Part shown: in pieces, positions 11,101 through 26,100 of the stretch
How the letters are laid out: each line of letters opens with the position of its first letter
How positions within the stretch are numbered: position 1 is the first letter of the stretch
Source of the DNA: Fimbriosthenelais zetlandica
Lineage: Eukaryota
Assembly (NCBI GenBank): GCA_977030845.1
Contig: OZ365109.1
Location: forward strand, 53,444,001-53,508,000
Reading direction: 5' to 3'
Length of the DNA stretch: 64,000 nucleotides
Position numbers and translations under genes: made by a program
Notes under the pieces: generated by a model
Told to the model about the DNA's origin: nothing
What the model saw: the letters and a program-made list of their open reading frames with translations, nothing else
The model's database searches: none

Positions 11101-14100
11101 CAAAGACAGGTCAAACCATTCATGGTCTCTTGTGTTAACTACCAACAAATGTTACTGCACTCAATAGTTCAGACAGTTACCAGTTCTCAAGTAGGTCTCA
11201 TTTCAGTCAGTGCAAATCCCTTACACTAACCTATAGGATTTTAGAATCCAAAAGGCAATTGCTGTAAGCTCAAGTGCCATTCACTACCAACACTGATTTT
11301 GAACTTTACAAATGAATCCTGTTTTATCGTCACCCCGGATTAAATGAAAAACAAGAATGAAAGAGATAAATCTTCATTGAGTCTGCTCACAAGAGATGAG
11401 GCCTTTCTTTATAGCAGTTAGCATGGATATATACATGTAAATGCTAAGCTACGAGGGGGGAAGTTTTATGACTGAGGTTAGTACATTCAATCTGCTGGCA
11501 ATGTGTTCACAACAAGCTTGGGTGGGCAAGGCGCTGAACACCCATAAATGTTGCACTGTGAAAGGGCCGGAGTGAACAAGGCGCCAGATTGCCAAGGATG
11601 GTAGGTATTGGTATTGGAGTTTGGCAATAGTTGCTGTCCCTTTTTCACAGAAGGAAAATCCTCCCAATCTGTTCCCCAGTAGCATGGCAGACACGCTAAC
11701 TACATGAGGGGGATTAGAGGGGTGGGATTTGTACAGTGATAAATAGTGTTTAGGGTGACATAAAATGGAAATTCAGGTGAAGCTCAGAACTCGAAGGCCA
11801 AAAGGTTCTTCCTGCAGCCGCAACCTTTTGGTCTACTTCACCTAACAAGTGGGGAAAACACACAGGCACAAATCTGTCCTTGTTCCTCAAGTAAAAGCAT
11901 TTACAAGAAGATGGATTCTCCTCAACGGAGACTAAAGTGGGCTGTTGACTATTGGGTTTTAGAAGAAGACTGGAAGGCTTTCCGCTAACTGTCCTCTATT
12001 CTCTCTTTTACTGAAATTTTACATCTTGCTATGCCACTTAAATAGAAAAGATTTTCTATTTCTTTTCAGTAGGTTTTGAGTCTACAAAATAGTTTTTGCC
12101 TTTGGGAACTAAGTTCAGTGTTAGAATAGCCAATATAAAGAGGAATATATAATCCATCATAGTGATAAATATTTGATCTGAAGTCAAACAAATATTTTGA
12201 TTGCAAATAATCCTGATACAGGCTCACATTACGTAGAGGAATCTGTGTTTATAACTACGGCTGCCAAACATACGAGCAGGACTAATCATTCAACCAGTCA
12301 CTGAGGGAATGGGAGCGGGCGCCAAACATAGGCCAGCAGCTGTATAACGTTATCATATGGGATTTATACAGATTTATGTTTGATCACTATTTTATATCTC
12401 AAAAAGCTCAGTCTGGGAGAGACGGTTTAGCACTGGATAGCAATAAAATACACAATAGACACAACAAAGTGTCTTTTTACTCCGGCGCAGTCGTCGCTCA
12501 TGTGTTCGGTATTGGCATCCGCTTCTTCTGGAGGCTGTAGTTACTGTTTCGGTCAATAATTGGACCCGCAATGGCTCCCGCCAGGCTTGTCAAACTCTCT
12601 TGGGGTGGAAAAAAGGTCAACCTTGACCTGAGCATTAATCTTAGACAGATGGCACAAAGATTCAACGGCCAGGACTTGGACAAGAGTATCAGTAAGAGTA
12701 GGCAAACAAGGAACGTGCATCAGGGGGTGCGTTCTTTTGGCAGAAGAAACTTTTTATTAAAATTGGAGAAAAATATCAGTAATTCCACAAATTCATTATT
12801 CCTATAAGGCCAAGGAGCCTCTGTGCATAAAACATGATCCTAGGTTTTTGAATTGTATATGTAATGAGAGGCACAAAACAAAAACGAACGCCCACATTTT
12901 ACATTAGTATGGTGCACATTTGATTGTGCCACATTTGGGTCCATCCAAGTAAATGAATTCCAGCAAGCATTTCTGCAAGTACATCGAGCACGCAGTTACC
13001 AGACTCCCCAGTAACCCAGAATGCATCTGTAATCCCTAAATGCAACCATAATCATCATAATGGTCTGTAACTATTTAGCTTTTAAAGATAACCTATTGAT
13101 GTTCGGGGGCTGGAGAAACAAGCAGACCATTTACCAGTGCAGCCTAATACCCTGAGCCTCTGACTGAGGATGTCCTATTGACTTCCGGTATATGGAAACT
13201 GGAAGTGTGACGTATTCAGGCCAGGTGGCAGGCGCCATTATGTGCTGTTTTGAAAAGAGGCCAGAGGTGAAAGCTGGGAGCTAACAGCGCAGCGCCCTCA
13301 CAGCGTGGAGGTCAGAACCCCTACTGCCCCCTGGTGGCAGGTCAGTGGTGACCCGTGCCCTGGTGGACACATTATCCTCACATCGCTCTTACAAAGAATG
13401 TCCACCGCTGGCACGTCGCCGCGCGGCAGTGACCATCTTGTATGACATCATTTCACGTGGTTTGTCGCTGGGGCTAATGCCAAGCCTTCAATCTAAACTG
13501 CCACACCTCGGCCAGACTCTGATGGAAGCCGAGGTGTCTGAAGGAGGTCCAGCCTGGCAATGGTGCAGTTAGAAGTGGATCTCTAACGGATAATGATCAT
13601 ATTTATCCTCCTGTGGTTTCCACTGAAAAGGGCTTTTGAAGTAATTTTTTTCCCGTTCCACACCGAACGACGCCTACGCACGTTGATGGATAAGTAGTAA
13701 TTTCTAAAGATGTTTTCTAACCTGAAGGGACATGGGATAATTTCATCATCTACAGGGCAAACTAAGTTTTAGCCCTTTACTGATTTAGACTGTGATATAT
13801 ATGCAATCACATAGAAGGTATGGATCAATGGCAGTGAATATGACAGGAACTGCACTAAAAGAAGCCCAGTTTAAACCAACATAAAAAGAGCTTGTGAACA
13901 CACGCTCGTCCTGGTTAGATCAGAACACTTACACGGGACACTGTGTCCTGCATTGCCAAGCAAAGCTCAGGTTTATCCCATACTCACTATCTCCCCCACA
14001 CTTGCCAACAGCTTCCAAAGCCAGCCAGCCCGAGGAAGGAGGCACTAATCTTAGAGCGGCTAACTCTTCAGTGGCACTGTGCCAACCAGTACAGCAGGTC

Positions 14101-17100
14101 TTCCTAATGTCCCCTCCCCTCCCTTCCCTCACCTTAAAGAGGCCAATAGACTTCTTTGCTCCCTGTGTTCGCTGAAAGAGGGATTGAGGAAGCAAAGCTT
14201 TTTCTCTATGTATGACCAAAGCTTATGTGCCTGGCCCACTGGAGGGATGTGGACCCATTCACCCGACCCCCCTATGAGAGATTACCAGGGCCATAACCTT
14301 GTGGATCCTCCAGGATTTCCTGCTCATCAGGAGACCAAGTACTGGAGTAAAATGCCACCCCAGGGAGGCCTGGGTCCTTTACCCTCCATACATGTTTATA
14401 TTTATCGGCCTCCGGGTGTAAAAGTCAAGTATAGAGGGGGAGACTTTACTGTAGGAAGGTATCTCTGATATGCTTTGACTGTATACATGTATATGTATGA
14501 GTATAAGGGATCCCAGGCCTCTTTTATTATTGGGGGAGAGAGAGGCTTAATCTAGGAAGGCTCACCAACTTAACAGCTTTCCCCATAAACAAATTGGATC
14601 CATGGCATATCGTGCATTTTCCTATACTGCTAACAGGCAGAAAATTCCACTGATCCCAGGTTCTGCCTCACTACTAGGCGAATTATGCGTATGATTTAGA
14701 ACAACCGATAAAAGGAGATAATAGAAATCAATAGGATGAAACCCTAAAAGTTACGGATAAATTAGCATTTAGGAATGTTTACCCCCACGCAATTTATCAG
14801 AACAGAATTTTACTTAAATAATTTTCATATCCAAAATGTTTTCTGAATGACAGACTCGGATGAATGACACATCTTTCGTTATGTTGACGCCAGCTGTTCT
14901 CAGCGGCCTTGAGAAATCAAACATAACTCATTGAAATTCATGTCTGACGCGCCGACGGAATGGCGTGATTCATTTGTTTCTGGAAACACTCAGTGCAATA
15001 TTAAGTCATAAATTCCCAATACAAAATCCTCAATTCATTCAGTACAGAATGAACATTTGCCTCCTCAGCTTTCTCAATGACAAAATGGCTCCATTGTTTA
15101 TTGTTCTTCTGATTTACACTTGACATTTTCAATCCATTTTGGAAAATGAATTTGGAAAATTATTACTCGAATGCTTGGCCACAACTTTGAAGCATCCATA
15201 ATCTTTGTGGAATCCAAATGAAGATTTAATTGAATTGTTTTAAAGGGAAGGGAACGGCCTGCGTGACAATCCTATTTGTTCTCCTATCACATGGTGCAGG
15301 GCAACAATGGGATGGAATTGTGGTGAAATCAATACTGGGGGAGACAAAGAAGTCAATAATTAACTGGTGGTATACACACAAAGTCAGCTTGAAATTCCTT
15401 AAACCTTGAACACAAAACGGGCCGATACAGAAAATGTTCACCTTATAATCTATATACGAAAACAATTCATTATTCCCGCCAAGATTCCAATAAACAAAAA
15501 GTGCAATAATATTGCTATAGCATTTTTTCATAAAATATGATTTAAGTTCATCGTAACTTCCAACAAATGTGAATATTGCATGACAGACTATTGGGAATCT
15601 TAAAATTAAGCAATGATCCCAACTGGCAAACTACTTTTTAGAAGCCTTAATATAAGTCAGGAAGCCATGGTGTGACATTTAATATAGACAGACATATAGA
15701 TTTCTAACGTCATCAAAGTACATCACCACTTCCAAACAAGAAATATCTTTCTTACAGCTCCTTCTATTTAGAATGTCTTCTCTGATTTGGGGCAATCAGA
15801 AGGCAGAGACAGGAGTGCAGGGACAGACTGTACAGACCCCCGATGAGAAATGACCACCGGAAGCGGAAATACTAATGGGAAAATCATGTCATCGGGGGTG
15901 GTTATATCCCATCAAGCTTATGTGAGGAAAAGCTGCCATTAGGCCAATAAACGGTCGATCAGGATGCACTCTGGGAACGCTACAAGTCGTGTGGAAGATT
16001 CCAAGTCCAGCTGCATGCCCACGGGGTAAATGTTCCATTGTATAAATAATGGTTTAAAGAAATGGGCTTATTGGAAAATTGTTTCATGTTAAGAAGTGGG
16101 CGTGGCTTGTGTTGAGTGTCCATTTACCCTATATATGTACATGTACTATCCAGAAAATATGTGAATTATGCCAATATGATTGTCAATCCCAACTTCTAAG
16201 ATGTTTGGCCTAAGGTCTATACGTATATTTATACTAGAATGTATACTCTAAAAGCTCACAAAGGAAATAGGGCATCGCCATTGTATACAGGATATGCAAA
16301 GAGCTCCCGATGTACAAGCCCTTACTAAGTCCTATTAGCCTACTGTACTGGGCAAACCCTTATCCCGGAACAAGCTTTGTTGCTAGTGACTACTTTTATA
16401 GAGTGATGACATTGAAGCACCCATTGATAAGATTCCGGGTTCACATCAACAGTTTCATAATGCATGGTCATACATTCCTCTTAACACTTTCTGAGACGAA
16501 ATATTATGTCAGAAATATAAGAGGTCATTCTCTGCTGTTTTGCCTCATATATGTATCTTCTCTTACACAAAGGCAGTTGTCTATCCTCATGTTAAAAAAG
16601 AGAACATCTGGAAATAAATCTATATTATACTAAAACATTGGCCAGATAAAGAATACTTTATGACACTTCTTATAGATAGATATTAATTACTGCAGTCAAA
16701 ATGGTGATTGGAATTTTCAAGAGCAGCTCAACAGAATGTGACTCCGATATAAATTCGGTTATAAACATTATAAGGCATTCCTCCTGGCTTTGCTTCTGTG
16801 ATTTCGAAGCGGGCAGATCTCGATAGAACTTTGAGGAATGAAAAATGCTCAAAACAATATCAACTGATTAAGAAGGTTACATCCACAAATGCATCTAGAC
16901 AGGTTGTGGATTACTCTGTCTAGTTCTATACTTTTCTCAGCCGGGGAGAGACTCAATAGCTCCTCGTTATAATGAGACGACCAAGCTGATTGGTGATCAG
17001 TGGAGGAAATATAAGTGACGTGTGACACTTAAGCTAAAGAGAGACTATAAACCCTCTCCCATGGTGTGATTTCACCACCAAGACCAAAAAAGCTCATTGG

Positions 17101-20100
17101 AAACCAATGCAAGTCTTCTAACTTTTAAAAAGAAAGTCCCAGTCGGGTGACTAAATCAAGACTGGACATGCTCATTTTCTTTTATGGCAACTAGGAACTC
17201 CACATAAGAGGAAAAATAATAAAAACTTAAACAAACTGTCAGAGAGAAAATAAAAGATGATGTACTGCTTTACAGTACATCTTTAAGCTGCATGCACTAC
17301 ATGTACATGAAGAATCGCTGAGAAACCAATAACTCGGAGTAAATCAAAGCAGTAAATTCATAAATTTAATTAACGAAACTCATCAACCGAACTATCTCAT
17401 TCATGGATATGATCAATTTGGATTTTATAAGTTGAAACATGTTAATGATTTCAGAGTCTTCTGCAAAGGGTTTAAGAAAGTATGCAGTAGAGAGGTAGAT
17501 GCCGGAGTGAGTCGGTTCCATCAGCCTCTTGTTTCCTGTACAATTGGCGCTTAATAAACGGATGGGCAAAGTCTTCTTAGCGTTAGCTTCTTACCGCAAA
17601 AAAACATCCAATGGGTGTCTTTGTTGAGGACAAGGCTGAATGAGCGATGAAAGACTTAGTTTGGTGAAATGTAAAAGAATCGTTAATATCTGATACATTC
17701 CACAGGGGAGCATCCAAAGAAGATTGGCTAAGAAGGAATTATGTTCAGTTGAAGGGGAAAATACTGCAGTGTGGAAAGGCCACATGAACCGGCAACTGTT
17801 CAAAAGTTGGACAACAGGAGTCCTGAAACGAATTCTATTCATAAAAGATTTTACAACTTCAATTGTGGAGTGAGCTAACGTTCACGAGCAGATCCTGACA
17901 TGAAATTACACAAAACTTCAGAATGAAATATTCATGCAATTGCATGCATGCACTCTCTAATCAAATGATGGATTACATCCCGTGTTCTAGCTGCTGGGTC
18001 TCTTATGCCAAGGTCTCTAACTCCAACAAGAGATGTATAACCCTGTTATCAAAGAGGAATACCCTGCCCAACAGTTGTTTGATCTTAAAGTGCAAAATTT
18101 GAACTTGAAGAGATCTTTTCAATTTTATATTCCGACTGGACTTCCAAGAGAAAATGTTCTCTGGACAATATAATCTACTAAGAATACATTAAATGTAATA
18201 GAAGTGAAGTCCAGGTCCCAGTCCACTGATGGACCACTGATTAGCCTTAGGAAAGTGATGTGGCCTTTTCGCATTTGTGTCATTTGATGCTCATGAGTAA
18301 AGGACCTCATTGTGTCGTGACAGATGGGTGTAGAGGTTCTGTTTCCAGTCTGGGGGAACAACACGCCCACACACTACTAGTAATGTATGTACCGACATTC
18401 AGAGTCTGAGAGTATGTCTCAATGGGCTATGTATCTACAATAGCTCTGTTCTAAACGAGGGCCAATTCGATGCTATTTACTTATTTTTTCCATATCTTTT
18501 GTCCCTACCTTATCTTCCATTTCTTTCATCTTATCACATCCTTCTAAATTTGCTCTTCCTGTTTTTTCCTCCTTAATTTTCTTCCCTTCCTCCACCACCC
18601 CTATACCACCCCTACTCCCCGCCGCCCTCAAATCGCACCCAAAAAGTGCTAACAAATTCCCTATCCATTCATTTCATTAACTTGTGTTCGATCTTCAGTC
18701 TATCGTTCCTTTGCCCCATCACTTTTCTAAACTTTGCATTTATAATACCTCCACTTTGTCCCTGAACCTTTCTTTTCTTCGAACTCCTCCCATTCCTATC
18801 CCTTTATCCCTTTACATTGATCTCTAGATCTGGCCTAATCAAGCAGCGATCTAGTCGCAGTGTTGTAGCACTAATCCCTGTCGGAAAGCTTTATCTTGTG
18901 TCTATTGCAAGTCCAAATCATGTGTGAATGGATGAAACACAATTGGTAGCTGATGCTATTGGTGAGGGATCCCAATTAAATCAGCAAATAATCACCTTCA
19001 TTAGTGATCAGGAGACAGCAGCCTCAGGCCATGGCCAGCTAGTTAATATTATCAACTTTAAATGGTTTCATGTGGTGAATGCAAGCAATGCTTGTTAACG
19101 CTTGTTATTCCTTTCCATGATGGAAATGACCCACATATATGCAAAATTTTAATCGAAACAACATTTTCACTCAAGTATGCAGAGCTAAAAAATGTCTAAT
19201 GTAGGCTACCGGTAAAACAAAAAAGTAGCAAAACGGTAAAATATAGAATCAGGATATAATTAAATATTGTTAGAAACGGAAAGTAAAATTTTATGTCCCT
19301 TAACGAGACAACTAAAATCCTAAACTTGTTATCAATTGTCCCAATGACAAACCAATTGATGTAGTCAAGGACAGATGCAAGCACAAAAGTAATGGGCATT
19401 GATTGTCAATGATTATAGGAGGATCTTGTCTATGGGACGAGTGGAAAGAGGAGAGAGCACCGAAGCTAGAGGGCATTCCATTATCGTGTTGCGGTTTTGA
19501 ACATACTGCTTCAAAACATAAAACATAGTGTTGGCAATGGAAAAGTTGTATGTAGGCCTACAGGTATATCATTAGGCTACTAGTATCAATATACACCTAG
19601 TACCAATATACACAGTCCATAGGCCTGTTTCATAAGGATACCAAAAATGAGGGTCACATTACCTATATATGCCCTTATTCCCCAAATAGCTTATAAGATG
19701 AAATATAAGCTGTTCTTTTGCCCTATGAATCAGGCCCAAGTTCCTAAAATTGGAGGAGACTGGATAATATACAGGGGAAAAGTCCCAGCCTCTTAGTATG
19801 TTAACACCAACGTACCACATACATGAAGAACAAACCTGGCTGGTGTTCAACGAATGTCAAAAGGAAAGAAAAGTGTCTAGAATGCAAATAGATCGACTAT
19901 GAAATGGATGAAAAGCATCTAATGAAGGCATGGAAATACTGAAATAACAGTTGGGTCCCGAGATACCCTTTAAAAAAAAGTAATTAAAAAACAAAATGGA
20001 GGAAAGTAACAGACTTTCAGCATGATATATGGCAAAAGAGAAGTATGCATCTTTTTTATGCATCAAACAGAAACATAAGGGGACAATAAATTATTTTTAA

Positions 20101-23100
20101 TGAAGCAAAGTAAAGCGTACTTACACATATGACACAAGGATGGCCTTTTTTATGAAGAAGTCCAAAATGATGTTTATCATAGTCCTGTACTGTCTTCAGA
20201 CAAACATTCGAAGTGAGGCAGGTCTCTGTGGGAAATGAAAGAGAATTTCTTAAATAAGGTGTTTTTAATGAATCTTCAAATATTTTCCCGTTCTACATTC
20301 TAACTGTTTTGTTCTTTTTTTTCCTTCAGTTTCATAGTTGTCATATTGTCCAATTTCAGTTTACATTGCGAAAGTTAATACTAGTAACAAGACTTGTCAA
20401 TCTCAAGGGTTTGCACCCATAAAATATCTAGAGAACTTTCACTTAGATTAGCGTGGGAAAGACGAATTGCTAGGGTTTGACAGATTACAATTAGTTTTAT
20501 CCAGTAAGCTATTACAGCCCCATCTATTAGTGTCGTGAATGACAACTTTGATGCAGATCCATCATTTAGTTAGCTCTCTCACCGACAGGGATTTTGTGCT
20601 CTTCTAGAAGCTTCATTATGTCGTCACTTCCGCCGCTTTCCGGTAGAAGAAATGTCCCATGACCGATTCTATCAGGTGGGAGCTGAAGAAGAGCAAGCGA
20701 CTCTTCATTCTGTCCTTGTACCTACAACACAGCAGAGTCATTTGTTATTTTACAGTTAGTTTCAAATAAACGTTTCACAAAGAAAACTTTCCCAGGAGGC
20801 TTCAACGATTACAGAAGTGCTTATCAAAAGGCAATTAAGAAAGAATGTTAAACTATAAAATGTGAGCAAACGAAAGTTTTTTTCCACTTCGTGTTAGTAT
20901 CGCTTGTCCCAGGTACCTTGGGGACAATGCCTTTGAAGTGATACCCGCCAGGCAGAGATCCAAACAGTGCCATCCTCCTTCACCACCCACAGAAACACAC
21001 TCTCCCTTCAATTCCTACACCAGCCAGTCACGTGAAAGGCAATAGTTCTATGTCTAAAACCATGCTACCCAGCAGTTTCAAAGTCATCCCTCGAGGCAGC
21101 AACTATAGAAACAAAGCTATCCATACTGCCTATCTCCCTCCCACTCTGACTTATACTTTTTTTCTTTGTTTTCTCAGAGCTTTTCTCATGTTTTCGTTTC
21201 ATTATCAGTTTTGTTGTGTAAGCACTGGGCAGTCATGCTTGCGCGATCCTTCCGCTTCCGGCCTAGCACTGCCAGCCACATTCCCCAGCTGAGATAGCGC
21301 CAACAAAAACATACACCCCTCATTAAAAACACTTTATTGTCAGCTTTGATTTTCCAGTGAAATATAAAATCGATAAAAACCTCAGCTAAGTGGAGGGCGA
21401 GCTTGAGTCCTCTTCTCCTGGCCTCTTCACACGCACAGAGGTAGGTCCTGGCATCTCCTCTCTGAAAAAGTGGGGAAAAAATGATATCCCTTTTGTGCAA
21501 GACTCACTCGCTGGTTGACTTCAATGCAAAACTAAGTCAATATGACACATCTGGGGTATCCGCAAGCATTTCCTGTGTGAATCGTCTTACAACTCGTACA
21601 GAGAAGCAAACGATGCAAATCAAGAAAACCTCTTGAGAGGGAATGTTTTTTTAGAAAGAGGAGAATGAGTAACACTCAGAGATATTGCAGGCAGATAGAA
21701 TGTATCCAATTCTACGTTTGTGATGTGTACAACCATCAGAATATGAATTCAAATCAAATGAGCATCTTTTTGCATCGTCTTCAATTTTCACAATAATGAT
21801 GAAATGTGACTTAAAAGCTGTTATAAGAAAGGAAAGGAGATGACAGAAGGGCAAGTTAAGAAGAGAAGAGAGAGGAGAATATAAGGAACAAGAAGAACAT
21901 GAAGATAAAGAAGGATAAAGATAGTCAAACATAAAGAAGAAATATACAAACACAATAAAGGGGGAAAAACTTACCTCTGGATTACCACTTAAATCGATAC
22001 CGACCACGAGGCCCTGGCTCTGGCGGCGGAACTTGTCGGCTAACTTGACTATTTCCATGGCATCCTCTTCTCCATGGCGACCCCTATCAATGGCCAGCAG
22101 AAGCCTGACCCTGATGTCCAGGTCAGGGTCATCGTGGCAGTCAGAGATGGCTCTTAGAACATTCTCCACATGGCTCACCTTTGACATGCCGGTGGTGGCC
22201 ACTTGACGGGGGGTCGTGCGTAATTCGATGTATTTGACATTATCTGCTGCAAACTCCTTTATCACATCCTTGGTTATCTGAGGGGTGAACAAAGGGAGAA
22301 AGAGAGATGCTCAACTGCATATCAATCATGCCAGAAGTAAAACAAATTCTGATGAAAATGACAAGCAATGTCCAACTGAGTTAGTGTGTTCAATTCACTT
22401 CGATGATATTATATGGATGGGCCCAGATACAATGTTCCATTTAGATATACTACGTAGCAGGCAGGTTTTACTTTGGTAGGCTATGTAACAAAAAGTGTTT
22501 CCCTCATAATTAAAAAAGTTATTCAGTCATGGCTGCTGAGTTAGTAACTGACACGGTGACTGACTGACTGACCGGATGACTGGCCAAGTTTCATATTAAG
22601 AGAGTTCCTGCAGAAGCCACATAAAAGTCTCAGTTACATAAACATATTATCATTACTATTATCACAAGTGAGCCAAACCCTACCAGAACCCTCGTGTATG
22701 ACATATATGTCAGGACCCATTTCTTATACTTAATATCCTCATTGTTTTTCTCACATGGTGGGAATCAGATCAATGTTGAACTACAAGCCTGGTCTTTGAT
22801 GAGAAGCTAAGGAAGTGGCAGCTGGGGAGATCATGGCGTGAGACGTGTGTGATCAGACTAGTACTGTCCACCCTCTAATCCCACCAGGGAGAATCAATGA
22901 TTCCTGGCATCAGGTTACTGGTATTAATTCTAGCATCTGAGGGCATTTATACTAACCACCAAGCTTATAGATATAAGTAAAGGAAGTTTGTATCACACAG
23001 TATCAATACCCTACAAAATAGGGTATACTTAGGGATATATTGACTTTTTGTGTGGTGTTGAAATCAATTCCAGTTGGGAGAATCTATAATTCCTGGCATC

Positions 23101-26100
23101 AGGTTACTTGTAATAATTCTATACCATCTGATGTTATTTATATACTACTTATAATACTAACCATCAAGCTTATATTTATACAAAGAAGTAAATGGAGTGT
23201 ATTCCACTGTGTCAATTATGAAATAGGCATAACCAATACTGATATAATCATATTGAATACAGTTACATTTTGTGATATATTTAGACAACTTTAGGTTATG
23301 GCTGGATAGTATAATTTGTTTTCCGAAGAATATTAAAGCCACAGTTCTCTTGAATGAAATGAGAATTAAAAAGAGGATAATTTAATTTGGAACATAGACA
23401 ATGAAATTCACACGTGGAAATATTAGAATATTTTGTAGGAAGAGCCATACATCATGAATCCTTAAAAGAAAATTAACATCATTCATCATCTGAAAAAATC
23501 CAATCTATATTTCCCATCAGCAACCCATGTAAGATGTCCATTAAAACAGGATTTCCCGAAATGACGTCATTGCAGATTTTACAGGAAGCCCACGGCCAAA
23601 ATGGAGATCAAAGTTGTTCCACATGGCTACCTCTAATTGCCTTGTGATGCAAAAACTGGGCATTGCAACAAAAACACCTGCCTTTGTGTAAGACCATTGC
23701 TTGGCTGGGATCTAAGGCTTGTCTTTGATGAGAAATATAGCTTTATGCAAATGAAAATGTTCCTCACACGTTGGCCACTTTTCCAGGCCGCCGGCTCATA
23801 TGGAGGCTGGCAATTCAGAGACGAGATATATATCCAAGTTATTGACTTTAGACCCAGAAAAGCATTGGTAGCAGTTGATGGGATTCCAAACACTAGCACC
23901 CTATAGGCCAGCCGTCCCTGGAAAATACATCCATTGAGATATATATATAGTGGGAAGCAGTTAGGAGGCAAGACAACACAATATACATACACGTCCTTAA
24001 AAGCAATTATACCATGTGCCAAGTTATGCAGAAGTTTCACATACCAAGAATTGTATTTTCTTTAAATTTGTCACAGACTATTGCCGTTCTGTACATCAGA
24101 GAAAGGAGAAGTATTCCAAAAGAACCAGTCCAAGATCGCATGACAAGGGAAGAACTATTCAAATCATATCCCAACGAGCCCATGCTAATTGGTTCGTTCA
24201 GAAGGCGGTTTGTAAGGAAACAATAAAGAAAGAAATGAGCGTAGCGTGCCTACATTGGAAGCATTGATTTTGCTTTCATATTCGGTGCGATGGGAGTCTA
24301 GGTCAGAATTGACTCCCTTGATCAGAATGGACACGACAGACCAAAGTCGCTGCCACCAACCCTCATGTCCAACCATTGTCTTGCTACTCTTTAACCCAAA
24401 TCCAATCACCCCACAACTCCATATGACAAGGACGAACCAAACCTACGGTCTCACATCCAAGCTCTACATAGAGAGGTGGAGGAAGAAGGGCTCTGGTTGG
24501 GTAGGGTTATTTGTAGTTTATTGACGCCTTTCTCTTGCCAAGCCTGGTCCTAGTTAGTCAGCCTTCACCATTGAAAACACGTAGACAATATCCTCTCAGA
24601 ATCAATATGGTGGACTCGTGAAGGAAATCGCGTGAGGGTTCACGGGAAAGCTGAATTTGAATCAAGGAAATGACCAAGCTAAAACAAGTACAAAGAAAGT
24701 ATCTGAGCTTGGTTGGATAGGCTGCATGGTCCTGATGATGTTGACTCTAGGCAGGCCAACTTATACAAGAACAAAAACAGTGGCAACAGTTAAAATACAA
24801 AGGCTTTGGTGTTATCCTAACAAAGGAGGCAAATAATGTCAATATTTGAACAGTTTTGCCAGTCTTTGCAGTAATATGTAAATCGATGAGATTTTTAATC
24901 ATATCCGGATTTTTACTTAACTTGATCATTCTCGTTTTCTTGACCCATTCAGTCAATTGATTTCGACATAACGTTTAAAGACCTGCACAAATTCTATATG
25001 ATAATTGTGACAATTCTGATATTTGCCATGCTGATTTCCAATAACATGTTGTAACTTAGAGGACAGCACGTTAAATTGTGGTTGAAGAGCCTGAAGCCTG
25101 CAAAGAGCCTCAAGTCGAGCTAATAAAATGATGGGTATTCGCGGCGTGTTCGAAATAAAGGCAAGGGAATTTAATGGAGAAAGTGCGATTCACATTGATA
25201 TTCAGATTGGCTGAATTATGCATGCGAATTTACCGATTCTCTCCCTCTACCAGGATCTTAGGCACAAAGAAGCCTGATGCAACTTCCTTTTTGCTGGCAA
25301 AGGTATTAGCATGAATTTGGGTTTTTAGAATGATTTGCTTGGAGAAGATGTGCCATGAAATTTGCATTTCAAAGGAGTTTCCGTTTTAATGCAGCGCAAA
25401 TTCTTTTAAAGTAACAGTAAACGTTGAAACATCATGCCTGTACATCAATATTAAATGTAGCTCATTTCAACAACTGATGTCTTAAAGACAATAGATGGAA
25501 GTTTAATTACGATCTTTTGTGGCATATGCATATTATTCAATAGGATGATATAATATATTGATAAAACCAATTTAAGTTTATAAATATTTAAAAACTAATT
25601 CCTCTTTGTCATATTTCTCAAATGATATATTTACTTCAAAAGAGTAATCAGCATACATTTTGGCTTGTTTAATTTTAAACTAAGGTTTCGAAGTTAACAC
25701 ATTTCCATACTAAACCCATATCAAGGCAATAAAGGATTTCAGGTAATACATGTAGATCCGTAGGACAGTCAGAATCACTTGTACAAGAAGACAAGTCGTC
25801 CCAATTGAACGCTACTTATTCTAGAATGCTAAATAGGCGGTACAAATCTGATGGTTTAATCGTGTTCTCCCCGTTTCGGTGGATGATAAGATTTGGTCTG
25901 TTCAAATTAGGCAAATAACATTAGGCAGTCGCTGAGCAAAACAGGGAAGCACTCCACCGATTTTGATATGATAGTCTCATCATGCCAGATAGTGAGTGCT
26001 CTTCGTAGCAATTACAGATATCATCGTCACCATCATCATTATCTCTGTTCCAAACGATTAAAAGCAAAGCCAGTTATGGGAGAATTGCGTTCAGGATATA

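Noticed and set aside
14315-14335. Hammerhead-like CTGATGAG...GAAA on the minus strand
   Set aside because: No room for stem II between the core motifs, and flanking stems are absent.
21651-22292. 213-aa ORF as a stand-alone gene
   Set aside because: Only 22277-21975 is ADAL exon 4; the rest is read-through into intron sequence.
23637-23906. Defensin-like Cys pattern (CDAKTGHCNKNTCLC)
   Set aside because: An in-frame stop lies immediately upstream, there is no signal peptide or good acceptor, and the six-Cys pattern is incomplete.
24014-24524. Overlapping short + strand ORFs in ADAL intron 3 as a nested gene
   Set aside because: No recognisable protein motifs and no consistent exon chain.
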